64,000 nt of DNA from Mobula hypostoma (Eukaryota), in the NCBI RefSeq assembly GCF_963921235.1, contig NC_086108.1, positions 33,854,001-33,918,000 on the forward strand. Direction: 5' to 3'. The first letter of the stretch is position 1, and each line of letters begins with the position of its first letter. Shown here piece after piece: positions 1 through 12,937 of the stretch. A program made the translations under genes and the position numbers. Below the pieces are notes generated by a model. It did not search any database. It was not told the DNA's origin and saw only the letters and a list, made by a program, of their open reading frames with translations.

Positions 1-108
1 GCAATGGTTAGTCCATGCAGCTGTAAATAAATCAGAGGGAATGTTGATCAAGCTATTCCGAATCTAGATTAGTTCGTGGTTATCTTTATCATGCATCTGC
101 TAGGCATA

Positions 109-182
109 AGAGGTACTTGCAGAATCTGGAAATCTAGAACAATACACACAATGTGCTGAAGCACACCTCCAGCACATTGTGT
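109..182. mobile_element. 74-bp Penelope-tail fold-back insertion
   Basis: Flanked by atctgcta(g/a)gcata (95-108, 183-196). Contains a perfect 13-bp inverted repeat (146-158/170-182). Resembles the PLE termini at 33247 and 56140. Confidence 0.7.
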
Positions 183-899
183 ATCTGCTAAGCATACCTA
201 GCACAATGATAATGAATTTTTCATTAGGACAATGACCCACATAATACAGCCAGTTAAAAAAAAGTGCTCAACGTGCACTAGACAAGCAAAGAAAGGCAGA
301 TGACAGGCACCAAAGAAGTTATACTACAACTACATCGACCAAAGAAGTTATACTGGTGATAAAGAACTTTGTTTACAAGGTGGTGTAGTTAGTATTTACA
401 AATGTGATATGGAATTTTTGTTATGTTTTTATTTTTGCACTGCAGTCAACTGCACACTGATAGGTGTAACAGATGTACACAGGTGTAACAAAGGCAAGAT
501 GTACAACTACTAGTGCATGAAATTGCAAGATTTTGGAATTCTCTAATAGGAATGTGGATACTCAGTCAAGGAATATATTCAAAGTTAAGAATCAGAGGAT
601 TTTGAGATCTGGCACAAAAGTAGAATTCAGATACAGTATCGGCTACTCTCTTAAATAGAACCAACATTTGAGATTCATACAGACTACTTCTATTTCTTCT
701 ACTGTGCACCACAACCAGTTATTAAGGTAATGGAATGGCATTGGGTTCTGGTATAAAGACAGTTACCAAGCTGTGCCCTCAAAGACAGCAGCCTGTACTA
801 AGAAGAAAGCAACAATCCTAGAGAAGTCGGGAGCTCTCTTCTGCAGCTACCCTTTAGCAGAAAGAATTTAAGTATTGTAAAATCTATTTTAATAAAGAA

Positions 900-1800
900 C
901 CTCAGTAACTATAATCTGGTTTATTATAACTAACTTATGTTGTAAAATGTATTGTGTTGTAGCAGCAGTACAGTGCAAGACATAAAAATCATAGCTACAA
1001 AATAAATAAATAGTCCAAAAGACAAATAACAAGGTATGGTTCATGGACCTTTCAGAAATCTGAAGGCAGAGGAAAAGACATTGTTCTTAAAACATTTGCG
1101 TGTGGGTCTTCATGCTCCTCTATTTCCTCTCAATGACAATAATGTAAAGAGGGCATGTCCTGAATAGTGAGGGTTTTTAGTGATGGATTCCACCTTCTTG
1201 AGGCACCACCTCTTGAAGATGTTCTGGATGTTGATGGTGGTTGTGGGGGAGGGCGTTCTTCCCATGTTGAAACTGGGTGAGTCTACAACCTTCTGCAGCT
1301 TTTTGCAGCCTTCTCTGCTTCGGAGGTTCCACACCAGACTGTGATGCAACCAGTCAGAATGCTGTACGTCTATAGAAATTTGTAAGTCTTTGGTGACATA
1401 CCAAAGCTCCTCAAACTCCCAATGACGTAAAGCCACTGGCATGCCTCCTTTATGATTGCATCAATGTGTTGGGTCAGGATAGATCCTCTGAGATGTTGAC
1501 ACCCAAGAACTTGAAGTTGCCCACCCTTTCCACTGCAGACTGTGGACTGCTGTGTGTTTTTCCGATTTCCCCTTCCTGAAGTCTACAATCAATCCCTGAG
1601 TCCAAGGTTGTTGTTGCAGCAACATCACTCAACCATTTGATCCGCCTCACTCCTATAGGCCTCCTCGTCACGATCTGAGATTCGGCCAACGGTAGTGGCA
1701 TCAACGAATTTATAGAAGGCATTTGAGCTGTGCCTAGCAACGTAGTCATACATGTAGATCACAGCAGTGGGCTAAGCACATATCCTTAAACTGCACCCTT
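900..1800 (-). mobile_element. Rex1/Babar LINE 3' fragment
   Basis: VERVGNFKFLGVNISEDLS, LQKVV..., HALFTLL motifs, plus an AT-rich 3' UTR. Confidence 0.8.
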
Positions 1801-3582
1801 ACACAAACTGCAGAAGTCTGCATATAACACCAGCTAAAAACTGTAAGAGCTAAGCACGTTGTTATGGTCACTTTGATGGCCACTAGCAATGAGGTCTTGC
1901 TCTGCTCTGAGATTGCAGCAGTTGCCAACTTTCAATGAACGCATCTTTACTGAAGCATAGATATTAAGGAACTTCAAATTATATAACTTCTTGGACAGAG
2001 GACACAAATGGCAAACTGAAAAGAACCCTTTTCACCTCCAACAACACATTCTGCATGAGTATTCTCTGTTCATTTTCCCAATCATACTATATTTCAAGGG
2101 AAATGCCTGTTAATGCACTCAGGAACAACCCAGGAAAAAAGATTTCCTGCATCTGTCACATCTCACTTCAATTCTTATAACTTAAAACAACATTAAAAAG
2201 TGCTAAACACTTGTGGAGTCAAAGCGTTAGCTAATTTAAAAAAAAAGCAATCTACAAGCGGCGGATGATGTGATCAATTAGAAATGGAGATGATAGGTTA
2301 TTTTACCCAATGTTGAACAAGTTCATGTTTGCAAATTTGGGAGAATTAGCTTACCTATACTCAAGGTGATATCACTTATATTAAAATATCACTCATGTCA
2401 AGTGCCGTCTGCTCTGCCAACTTCTGGTCAAATGGGATGATATAGTATTAGCAATTATGCTAACATCATATCAATCCAATTCATCTCACAAATGTGCATA
2501 TGCACAGTTGATGCCATTTTTCAGCTCCAAGGCCATGCACAGCAGCCTATGAGGTGTTTTAATCAGTTTACTCAGCCAGATCAGGTCCAAACAGGTCACC
2601 TTCAACTCTTTAACATAATAAATCAATTTTAATTTCTTGGACTACAGCAACAGATGAGTTAATAAATTCCAACTTATAACTTATCTGTTCACACATATAA
2701 ACATAAGTCATACATATAAATCAAGCTGTGTATTCCACACAAAAAAAGAAAACTAAAAAAATAAACGAAAAGGATAAGCTCTAAGTGAGAAATAAAATTC
2801 AGCTGGCAATTCGTGCTTTATAAATAACAATAACCAAAACAACACTTCAAAAATTGCTGAATATGAAGAACAGCGTTATTTTAACATAAACATGTTTTAT
2901 TTTCATCAGTGAGAGAAAATTATTGTCACCAGATGTTGATCTGTTTTCTTTGTAGACTATTTTGAGTTTTGAATGCCTTTTGGAACCTTTACATTTATTA
3001 ACTGTCCCATCAACTTATGTCACCTTCCAGTCACAGCCAATTTGAACGGCAGCTCTAGCTAACTCTTCATATATTCAATACTCAAGGTACATTTTAGAAT
3101 CAGTAGTAAAAGGAGGATTTCCCCCCTCATTCTGTCTGTGTAATTTAGCAATTTCCAATGAATACATTTAATGTATTTATTCTCTTTGTTCCTGCAATTA
3201 ACTACTTTTAAATAGAAAACTTTTCTTTGACAACTTATCACATCATCACATCGGGCATTGCATCCTATAATCATAATTTGCTATATTAAATAATGTTACA
3301 ATAGCTTTTCTTGGCATCCACTAGCAGAAAGAATTTCTCCTTAATCATTTCTGCCCAAGGAGAACAAACTGGTTCCAAGATCTCTCCTAACAGCTGAAGT
3401 CAGTCACTTATACAATGTTGGCAAATCTCATTTCCTCTAGTAGGTTTTAACATTCATCCGATGAAATTACAGTACAAACTATTTTATAAATTTATCCATG
3501 TGATATACCTCATGAATGGATGCAAAAGATGCTACAGTATCCAGAACAGGTGAGGGTAGCTGGTGTTTAAATGCTGGCTGCC

Positions 3583-3674
3583 ACTACTACTACGTCAACT
3601 CAGGCCTAGGAGGCCGGCGTCGGGCACGATGGACTTTCCACTTCTCCCTCTCCCTCAGTGCGTTCAGTTCATCT
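3583..3674 (-). mobile_element. RTEX-like LINE 3' end
   Basis: Reverse complement of 21530-21622, including the (TAG)n tail. Confidence 0.8.
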
Positions 3675-3714
3675 GGACAAAAACTGAGCTACTGTCTAGC
3701 CACTGATTTGAAAA

Positions 3715-6700
3715 GTTTCAAAGTTCAAACTAAATTTATTACCTAAGTACGTACATGTCACCATATACAACCCAGAGATTCATTTTCTTGCGGGCATACT
3801 CAATAAGCCCATAGTAGAATAATTATAACAGAATCAATGAAAGGCCACAGCAACTTGGGTGATCAACCAGTGTACAAAAGTGCACATACAAAAATAAAGA
3901 AATAATAATAATAGTAAATAAATAAGCAATAAATATCAAGAACATGAGATGAAATGTCCTTGAAAGTGAGTCCATAGGCTGTAGGGACAATCTAATGATG
4001 GAGCAAGTGATGGAGCTCCTGTATCTTCTTCCTGATGGCAGCAGTGAGAAGAGAGCATGACATGGTTGGTGGGAGTCCCTGGTGGTGGATGCCGCTTTCC
4101 TACGATAATACTCCAGGCAGATGTGCTCAATGGTGAGGAGGACTTTACCCATGACTGTTGACCCATATCCACTACTTTCAGTAGGATTTTCCATTCAAGG
4201 ACTTTGGTGTATCCATACCAGGTTGTGATGCAGCCAGTCAATATACTCCCTGCCAAACATACATAGAAGTTTAGCAGTTTTCTGATGTCATCCTGGCTCT
4301 TCGCAAACTCCTAAGGAAGTAGAGGTGCTACCGTGCTTTCTTTGTCATTTCATTTATGTGCTGTGCCAAGGACAGTTCATCTGAAATGATAACACCAAAG
4401 AATTTAAAGTTGCTGACCCTCTCCATCTCTGATCCTTTGATGAGGACTGGCCTATGGACCTCTAGTTTCCTGCTCCTGAATCCAATGATCAGCTCCACAG
4501 TCTTGCTGACACTGAGTGAGAGGTTGTTGCTGTAGCACCAGACTTTCAATCTCCCTCATATATGCTGATTCACCACGGGCTTTGATTCAGTCTATGACAG
4601 TGGTGTTGTTAGCACATCTTGAATATGGCATTGGTTGCTTCCGGTCAAGATGACACCAGTGTACGATGCTCCTTTGGTTGACATCTTCCAGACAGCTCAC
4701 AAAAATGTCTATTTTATTTCTTTTACGTCTACTTTTCACCTAACATGTGTTTCTGGGACTGTTAGAGCCTGTGATTTACAGTTTAGAGATTGTTAGAGTG
4801 ATTCAGCGCTTTGCTGTCTCCGAGAAGATTCCGGGAAGCGAGCACATACTTGAATGGCTTCGATGCAAAGAAACTTCGAGACAAGACATGAGCCAATGTT
4901 CGACTCCATTTTGCCGATTAAAGCGACCATTAATCGCTGATTAAAGCAACGAGGAAGATTGAGACATTGAGGCGAATGCCGAAGGTGAGCCAGAGTTCAT
5001 CGTTGATTGCCTTCCTTTTGATTGCTGCTGAGGAGTCTGTGCGCAGCCTATTGCTGTGTGGCTCACTGTGGCAGGTGGGTAGGCCTCTCTGCCTCGAGTG
5101 GTGATATCGAAGGATGGTGTTTATGTGTTCTGTGTTTATGGATTGTGTTTATGAACTGTGGACTTTTTCAAACTTATGGTTTTTAATATTCAGTGTTTCT
5201 TTTAAATTTCCTTTTCCTTTACCATTTTGTTGTATGAGGGGAGGATGCTTGAGGGTTAATGTTCTGTTATTTTTTTGTGGGAGGGGTTTGTTTTTTGGGG
5301 GGTTGATGTCCCTGCTCTGTTTTGTGTGAGGGGTAGGGGATTTTGGGGGTTGATGATCTGGAGAAGACAAAATTTCAGAGTGTATATAGATACATGGTTT
5401 GATAATATATGAATCTTTAAACCTGTGAACTGCGCTTAGCCACACAGTCATAAGTGTAAAGCAAGTAGAGCAGGGGGCAAAGCACACAGTTTTGTGAAGC
5501 ACCTGTGCCATTAGAGATCATGGAGGAGATGTTCTTACCAATCTGAACTGACTGGGAAATTAAGGATCCAATTGCACAAGCAGGTATAGAGGTCAAGGTC
5601 TTGGAGCTTACTGATTAGTTTTGAGGGGATTGAATGCTGAGCTGTAGTTACTAAAGAGCATCCTGATATATGAGTCTTTGCTGTCCAAATGTTCCAGGGT
5701 TGAGTGAAGAGCCAATGAGATGGCATCTGCCGTGAACCTGCTGTGCTGGTAGAGAAATTAAAGCAGATACTAGTTGCTTCTCAGACAGGAATTTATATGT
5801 TTCATCACCAAACTCTCAAAACACTTCATTACAGTGGATGTATGTGCTACTGGATGATAGTCATTGATGTAGGTTACCACGTTCTTCTTGGGCACCGGTA
5901 TTGACCTTTCAAAAAAGAACAATAAGTACACTGCATATGCTCCCCAGAACTATTCCCACACTCTGGAGGGGATACAAAGTTATCCTATAAAACTACGGAG
6001 GGTAATTTGCTGGACTGCTATGACAATATACAACATTCCTAGTTCCTTGTTTCCAAACAGGCAAATAATTGATCAGCACAGGTCTTTAGTACTTGGTGGT
6101 ACCCCGTCTAAGTCGGATGCTTTTCATGGGTTCACCATCCTGAAGGCTACTCAGACACTGGCCTCGAAGAGACTGAAATCACAGGATCATCAGCGGTTGT
6201 GGGGGTTTGTGGTGGTTGCTCTATGTTTTGACAATCAAAGTAAACATAGAATGGAAGTAAAGCCTGTAGTCATCTATGTTACTTGATTTTACTTTGTAAG
6301 AGGTGATAACATTCAAGCCTTGCCGCAACTGTCCAGTATCCTTTGTTGATTCAAGTTTAGTCTGGAATTGCAAATTCACCTGTGAGATTGCTTTCCAAAG
6401 ATTGTACATGGGGCTCTTGTAAGTTTTTTGGTCACCAGACTTGAATGCCTCTGATCTGGCCCTCAGGCTGCAGATCTCAGGGTTCACCAAGGCTTTTAGT
6501 TGGGGAAGACTCTGAATGGTTTTGTGGGACATGTTCATCTACAACTGTTTTTATAAAGTCCATGATAACCACTGTTCATATTCTTTCCGATCCACAGATG
6601 AATGCTTGAACATGGCCCAGTTTACTGACTCGAAGCAATCCCATAGCCACTCCTCTGCCACCCACGACCACCTCTTTGTTGTCTGAATCTCCGGAGGTTT

Positions 6701-7520
6701 GCTCTTTAGCTTCTGCCTGTATGTAGGTAGAACAGCCAAGTGATCAAATTTCCTGAAATGTGGTCTGGGCATGGAATGATAGGTATTCCTTATTTTAGTG
6801 TAACAGTGGTCTAGTGTGTTGGAAACTCTGGTGCTTCTGATTATACGCTGATGGTAACTGAGCAAGAACTTCGTCAAACAAACCTGGTTGAAGTTCCCCG
6901 ACAGTGATTTGAAATTCATCAGGATGGATTGTTTCTCACTTGGAGATGGCACTGTGCAGTATCTCAAACCTTGATTATAGTCAGGCACTGGTGGTATGTA
7001 AACTCTGATAAGGAACACAGATAAGAATTCCCTAGGTAAGTAGAACAGACAGCATTGGAACGTTAGGTGTTCAAGGTTGGGGGTACACAAGTTCGACAAA
7101 ATCGCCACATTGGAGCACCACTGAGAGCTTATCTTGAAACACACACCTCCACCTTTTGCTACTCCAAATCAGTAGTTTGGTTCAACCTGTGAATCAAGAA
7201 GCCTTCCATCTGATCACTGTATCTGACGTGCTGGGAGTAAGCCATGTAAACAGTTAAACATAGAACAGAACAATGTCTCATTTCCCTCTGATACAGCTCA
7301 ATTTTGTTCTCCAGTGACCGGATATTTGCTAGCAAGATGCTGTTTTTAGAGGGGGTTTCATTCCTCTGTGTTTCAGCCTGGCCTGGAATCACCTCCCCCC
7401 GACCCCCGCATCACTTCCAGCCATGGCAATGAATCTTTGATCACTTAAAACGTGGACCTACTTGCCTGAGAGTTAAGTCCACAGAGCTCTTCAGAAGATC
7501 ATGAAATCAGTAGTTCATTA
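3715..7520 (-). mobile_element. Decayed Rex1/Babar LINE pieces (endonuclease + RT), interrupted by a plus-strand non-coding repeat at ~4638-5425
   Basis: LLANIRSLENK, YLPREF, TLDHCY, FDHLAV (APE domain); PSKLISKLQDL and FKFFGVIISDELS (RT region). Rex1 sequence stops at ~4635 and resumes at ~5425. Confidence 0.8.
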
Positions 7521-8104
7521 AGTCAGTTTAAAAGTACATTGGTTAAAGAAAAATTACATGCTGCAAGTTGCAGTGCGAGTAATTCAAAAGAAGTATATTT
7601 AGCAGTATTATACGTAGCCCATGTGCTGTGCTTCACCGGTAAAATTTTGCTTTACTTACACTCGATATCTCTATTCCTAACACCAGGATCCTGTAATTTT
7701 AAATTTTCATGCTCGCAATGTGGTGGTAACTTGTACAATATAATCTGTAGGCAAATGGCAACCATATTGGGAAAAGAAATAAAAGTTCACGTCCTGGCGA
7801 CATCCCAAAGAACTCTATTCCCAACCAAGTTCTTCCTAAGTGCAGTTAGCCCCGCAGTATAGTTAAACGTCAATCTATTTTACCACAGTGAAGTTCTACA
7901 AATCCAATAGTGCAAATGACCAAATGGATAATTTTAGGTGTTTAAGGTACATTAAAAGATCACCACTGCAATTACTACAATGCAATGTTTCATATGGAAC
8001 CATTAGGAACTAGTCATCTGAATAAAACTATAACCTGGATTTTAGAGCAAGTTCTCAGTGACAAAAGCTATTGATGTTAACACATACAGTGAAAGAAAAC
8101 ATAC

Positions 8105-8277
8105 CTTAGCTCCACAGTCAGCTTGCTGTTTCACACAAAAGCCTATGAAGACTGGATCTGCAACTTTAACAAGAATATTGTCCACACAGTACACATGAAC
8201 ATAAGCAATGCCTCGACTTTCCATATCCTCCACAATCTTCTGATTTCCAAGGGCACGGTAAAGTCCTCCATTTCCAT
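8105..8277 (-). CDS. UAP1: UAP1 coding exon 4 (173 nt)
   Basis: tttgcAG acceptor and GTATGT donor. [10 protein letters not shown]...[21 protein letters not shown]...ADCGAK. The four exons sum to 852 nt, in frame. Confidence 0.97.
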
Positions 8278-8844
8278 CTGCAAAACCAGAATTTATGTAT
8301 ATCAACACTCTTGAAACATTTAAACTACGAACTTCAAATTCTGTTTAATTTTGAACCAATTTGTTTACATTTAAGAAGTGGGGCATTACAAATCAACCAA
8401 GGTAAAAAATGTTGTAAAATGTTTAATCAGCCATTCTATGATGCCATTAAATTAATGCTTGGAGTGTTGTTCAGCATTGCGGGCTTAACTGTAAATACCT
8501 AACTGCAGATCATCTAATCAGTACCTCTTTTTCTCACCTATAACAAAGTTCCCCAATGCGCTTCTAATCTAAACCCAAGCCTTTCGTTTAAATATCTTTT
8601 CCAACAAGCCCTCTACTAACTTGTTCTCAGTTTACCCCAGCGCTAATAAACTATCATCTATCAGCTTTTTAAATGGAAGGTAGTCTGCATTCCAAAAAAT
8701 AAATAATTGTGTTTTTTTTGTGCAAGGAGCATGGCAGATGAAATGAGGTATGCATTCATTATCTGATGATCAGCAACAGATAGCTAGCAATAATTCTGAT
8801 CCAAGTTAGCATGTATATCAGATATTTTTTGTTTTAAAACCAAC

Positions 8845-9020
8845 CTGGTGCCATTGAAATTTTACTTTTTCCTTCAAGGATCGCCTTCCCATCAAAAGTC
8901 ATAGCTGGCAACATTCCCTGTTGGAAAAAGATGATATTTTCCTTCTGTAGACCAAAGTAATTATATTTAACAAAAAACTCCATTGTAGAATCCATTGTCC
9001 GGCCACTAGTCATAATATAC
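8845..9020 (-). CDS. UAP1: UAP1 coding exon 3 (176 nt)
   Basis: tttAG acceptor and GTTGGT donor. [16 protein letters not shown]...[15 protein letters not shown]...SMAP fits UAP1 better than UAP1L1 (TSGRT, QQGMLP). Confidence 0.97.
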
Positions 9021-9482
9021 CTAAAGAAATTCAAAAAGATGATTTTAAAAAAGGCAAATAAAGCAAAAAAAAAATACAAGTTGTTGGGTCAATTTTAAAA
9101 AGATTTTAAAAGAAATGTACACCTGCACATTATACAGTAGTTATACTTGAGTGGAGGAAGAATAGCAGAAATACTACAAACACAAAATTGTTTTATAAAC
9201 AGAACAGCGTAGAAATCACACTCCCTCTCGAAAATTCTAGAATGTATTTCTATATACACAGTATAAAACTAGTTAATCCAACAAGAAAATGTTTTAAAAA
9301 CAAGGAACAGAGTGCCACATAGTGGAGAAATAATTTATTGCCAATAAACAGCCAATAGAAGCTGTTTGCCTTTTTGGATCAATGAATGCATACTATGTAT
9401 ATTAGTGGCTAGTTTGGTGACTCCCCCTCAACCCCCACCCTCCACCAAGGGAGAAAAGAAAAAGAAACAAAATTTGTGATAA

Positions 9483-9559
9483 CGCAAACAACAGGAATTC
9501 TGCAGATGCTGGAAATTCAAGCAACACACATCAAAGTTGCTGCGTTCACCGGCAACTTT
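9483..9559. mobile_element. 77-bp Penelope-tail fold-back insertion
   Basis: Exact 14-bp TSD aaaatttgtgataa (9469-9482, 9560-9573). Contains the tctgcagatgctggaaat motif and a terminal hairpin (9533-9559). Confidence 0.75.
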
Positions 9560-12233
9560 AAAATTTGTGATAAACTTGATTGATAGCCCATTAGATATTT
9601 TTCACCTTGAATCATTCACAAAAAATTTAACTACACATTTCTTGACTGAAACCATGTGAAGTTGAGTCATTGCTGTGCTGAATCCCAGGAAGCAAGTCAG
9701 TTTCGATGCAGCCCAAGTACACTAACACAAAATGAGTCAGAAGCAAGAGAAAAAGGACAGACGGCACATGTGCTTCCTTGTGAGTTCAGGTACATACAAG
9801 ATTAAGGACCTGATGTGATTGATTGCCCCAAACCACTACAATTATGGCTTCATCAAGGGGTTATGACTGCAGCACTTTCAATAGGTGCTTAATATAGAAA
9901 TGCTATGACTTTCTGGATACTTGTGAACAAAAGTAGAATGATAGAATGATGAGTCTGGCAGAAACTATGGAAAAAATATTGATGTTCCACTGGACATCCA
10001 TTAATTTCTTTGCTTTCTTTCTGCAGGATTTCCTCCTCCAAGAGCAAGTGGGAAAATGCAGATCATATAGCTTCAGATTCAGAGTTATATAGCAGAATTA
10101 CACACCTTTCAGCCCCAATTCATCCATGCAACCAAGATGTGTGTCTACACCAATCTCACTTGCCTATGTTTGGCCCTCTGAACAGTTCCTTATCCATGTA
10201 TCTGCCCAAATATATTTTACATGTTATACTGGTATCTACCTCTATCACATCGTTCCACCCTCTGTGCAGAAAAACTTGCCACTCAGATTCCCTTTAAATC
10301 CTCCCCCCTCTTTGGACTTTCCTACCCTGGAGAAGACTCACTATCCTCAGAATTTTATATTTTCCTTTGCTCCAGGAAAAAGAAGCCAGCCTATCCAATC
10401 TCTCTTTATACCACAAGCCCTCCAGTTCAGGAAACTTTCCTGTGAATCTTTTCTGCAATTTTTCGTAATCACAGCATTCTTGTAAGATGACAACCTGTAA
10501 TGTAACTTACTAATCAATCTGTCAGTAAATATTGAAATGGCTGCTGCACACTGAGTGATGTCATTAGATGCATGTCTGATGCCACACCAACATCTGATGT
10601 GCCCTAATAAATTGTGTCCGGAAATGCCTAGGCCAATTTCCTTATGGTCATTCCTGTCCCAAAATGAAGGCTACAGCTATCTTGCACACATGAATTCATA
10701 TCTAAACTCTGCTTTTATTTGTGCAAACTTGACTGATGAATATCAATTATATTACATTGGGTTAAGCACTGATAAACAAGTAAACACTGATAAACAATTT
10801 GCTACCAAAGTTTAACTTAAATAATTGCAAACCTGCAGCTTTAGTATTCAGACCACCTACTCAGTAGCCTATCTATAATAACAGTTATTCAACAGACTTC
10901 TATCCTAAACCCAAGCCCTTTTTTAAAATGTTCTTTTCCATCAAGACCTCTTCTAACTCATTCTCAGTTTACTCCAGCTCTAATAAACTGATAACTAGTT
11001 TTCCATTATAACTTCCCTAGGTAGTTCAATTACTTCAGATGTTGTCCAGCTTTATATTCCAAACCAGTGTTTCTCCCTCTCCTTACAATTGCCACCTGTA
11101 ACCTTACAAGATGAACTTCAACTCTATCTTCCTTTCTCTCCAAGCAAAAAAACTGTACTAATTAATGTCTTGTTGTCTCCAATATAAATGCTTAACTTCA
11201 CTACAGCCTTACTATTGAAATCTCTCCACTAGACTAATACAGTACATAAACAGACAATATAAGACCATCTCTACTACCATTGAACACCATCCATATTTCT
11301 GTAACACTAAACTATATAATTTTCCTCCAGAGTATGTTGTCCAGATCAGTGGAGCAGTCCTCATACTCCACCACCTCCCGCCCCAACATTCTGGACAATC
11401 CTAGCACAGCAACAGCAGACCAAGCAATGACTTCTCTTCCTGCACTGGAGATATCAATGATCCATCCTTTTCTCTCCATCTACATGCAGAATAAACCTCG
11501 TATGATGATTGTAGCCCTCATATTTTGATTATAACTGATTACACCTTGGGTCATTTTTCAATTCTACAATAATTGCTGCCACAGCACTTATCAAACATCT
11601 ATCTCTAGATGAGGCATTATTTTCTAATTTTCCTCCTCCTTCTTGAAGATACATAACTGCTCCACATACTGACAAAGTAAATCCTGAAATAATTATCAGA
11701 TAAAGTATCAACACAAACTCAAATTTGGCCCAGGGCAAATTCCACGTTTGACCATACAAGACAATCATACAAGCCTCACCACCTTAACTTTCCACCACAA
11801 TGGAGTGTGAAGATCAGGAGAGAAGGGAGCAGAAGAGCAGACGATAGAGGCCACTGAGTGGACCACCAGGGAAGGGTTTGATAACAGACTGAGATCTTAG
11901 GAAGGGGTGAGGTTTAAGGCCCCAGCAATATAGACAGTGAGTAAGAAAGACTAGCAGGGGAATGATAAGAGTTCAGTGAAAGTCAAAAGGTTTAAAAAAA
12001 AAATCACCCTTGAACTCTTTGGCTGTGACAATGCAAGATCAGGCTTTTTACACAATGCCAAGGCTGCCCTCAGACCTATGGTTAAGGCTTACTTCAATTG
12101 TGAAGTATAATTTTGCATTACATGTTGTCAAAAACTATTGCACACTGTAAAGCATTTACTGTATGCTCATGACCCCAACCTCCACGTACGCAGGGAAAAG
12201 TTCTAACCTGTTGTCTACCAAAAGAGCTTTGAA

Positions 12234-12466
12234 TGTTGTGTATTTAATATTTCAGTAATGTTTGAGTAATCTTGTAAGTAAATTGTTTGATTCAGCATTC
12301 TCATGGTGTTTATACAATTCATTATTATTATATGTAAAAATAAGTGAATTACATATGTCATGATGCGACCACGTGATATGTGCGTGCCTTGCTTAAACAG
12401 AAAGTTAAGCTCATATTTTGCACTCCCGTGTTTTCCTTTTAATTAATGTTTCGGAGTTACAAAACA
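12234..12466. mobile_element. Possible solo LTR
   Basis: TG...CA ends with an 8/9 terminal inverted repeat (TGTTGTGTA / TACAAAACA). No clear TSD. Confidence 0.4.
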
Positions 12467-12623
12467 TAATATCTACCTTGACAATAGTTCAGGCACCGTT
12501 GAAGTAAAGCAAATTTATACCAAAAAGCTGTGACTGCTTCAATTTTGTCCATAACAAACTGAATATAATATATATAGGTGTTCAACAGAAGGAATAAACT
12601 TTACTTATTTGGAATCTTATTCA

Positions 12624-12905
<282 letters not shown>

Positions 12906-12937
12906 TTAATAAATTAGTATGTTTTTGTTAGTATTTT

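Noticed and set aside
1..8100. Next UAP1 exon (VVEK...VVEYSE)
   Set aside because: Not found by eye; the VEY-like match near 2730 hits a stop. Probably beyond the window's left edge.
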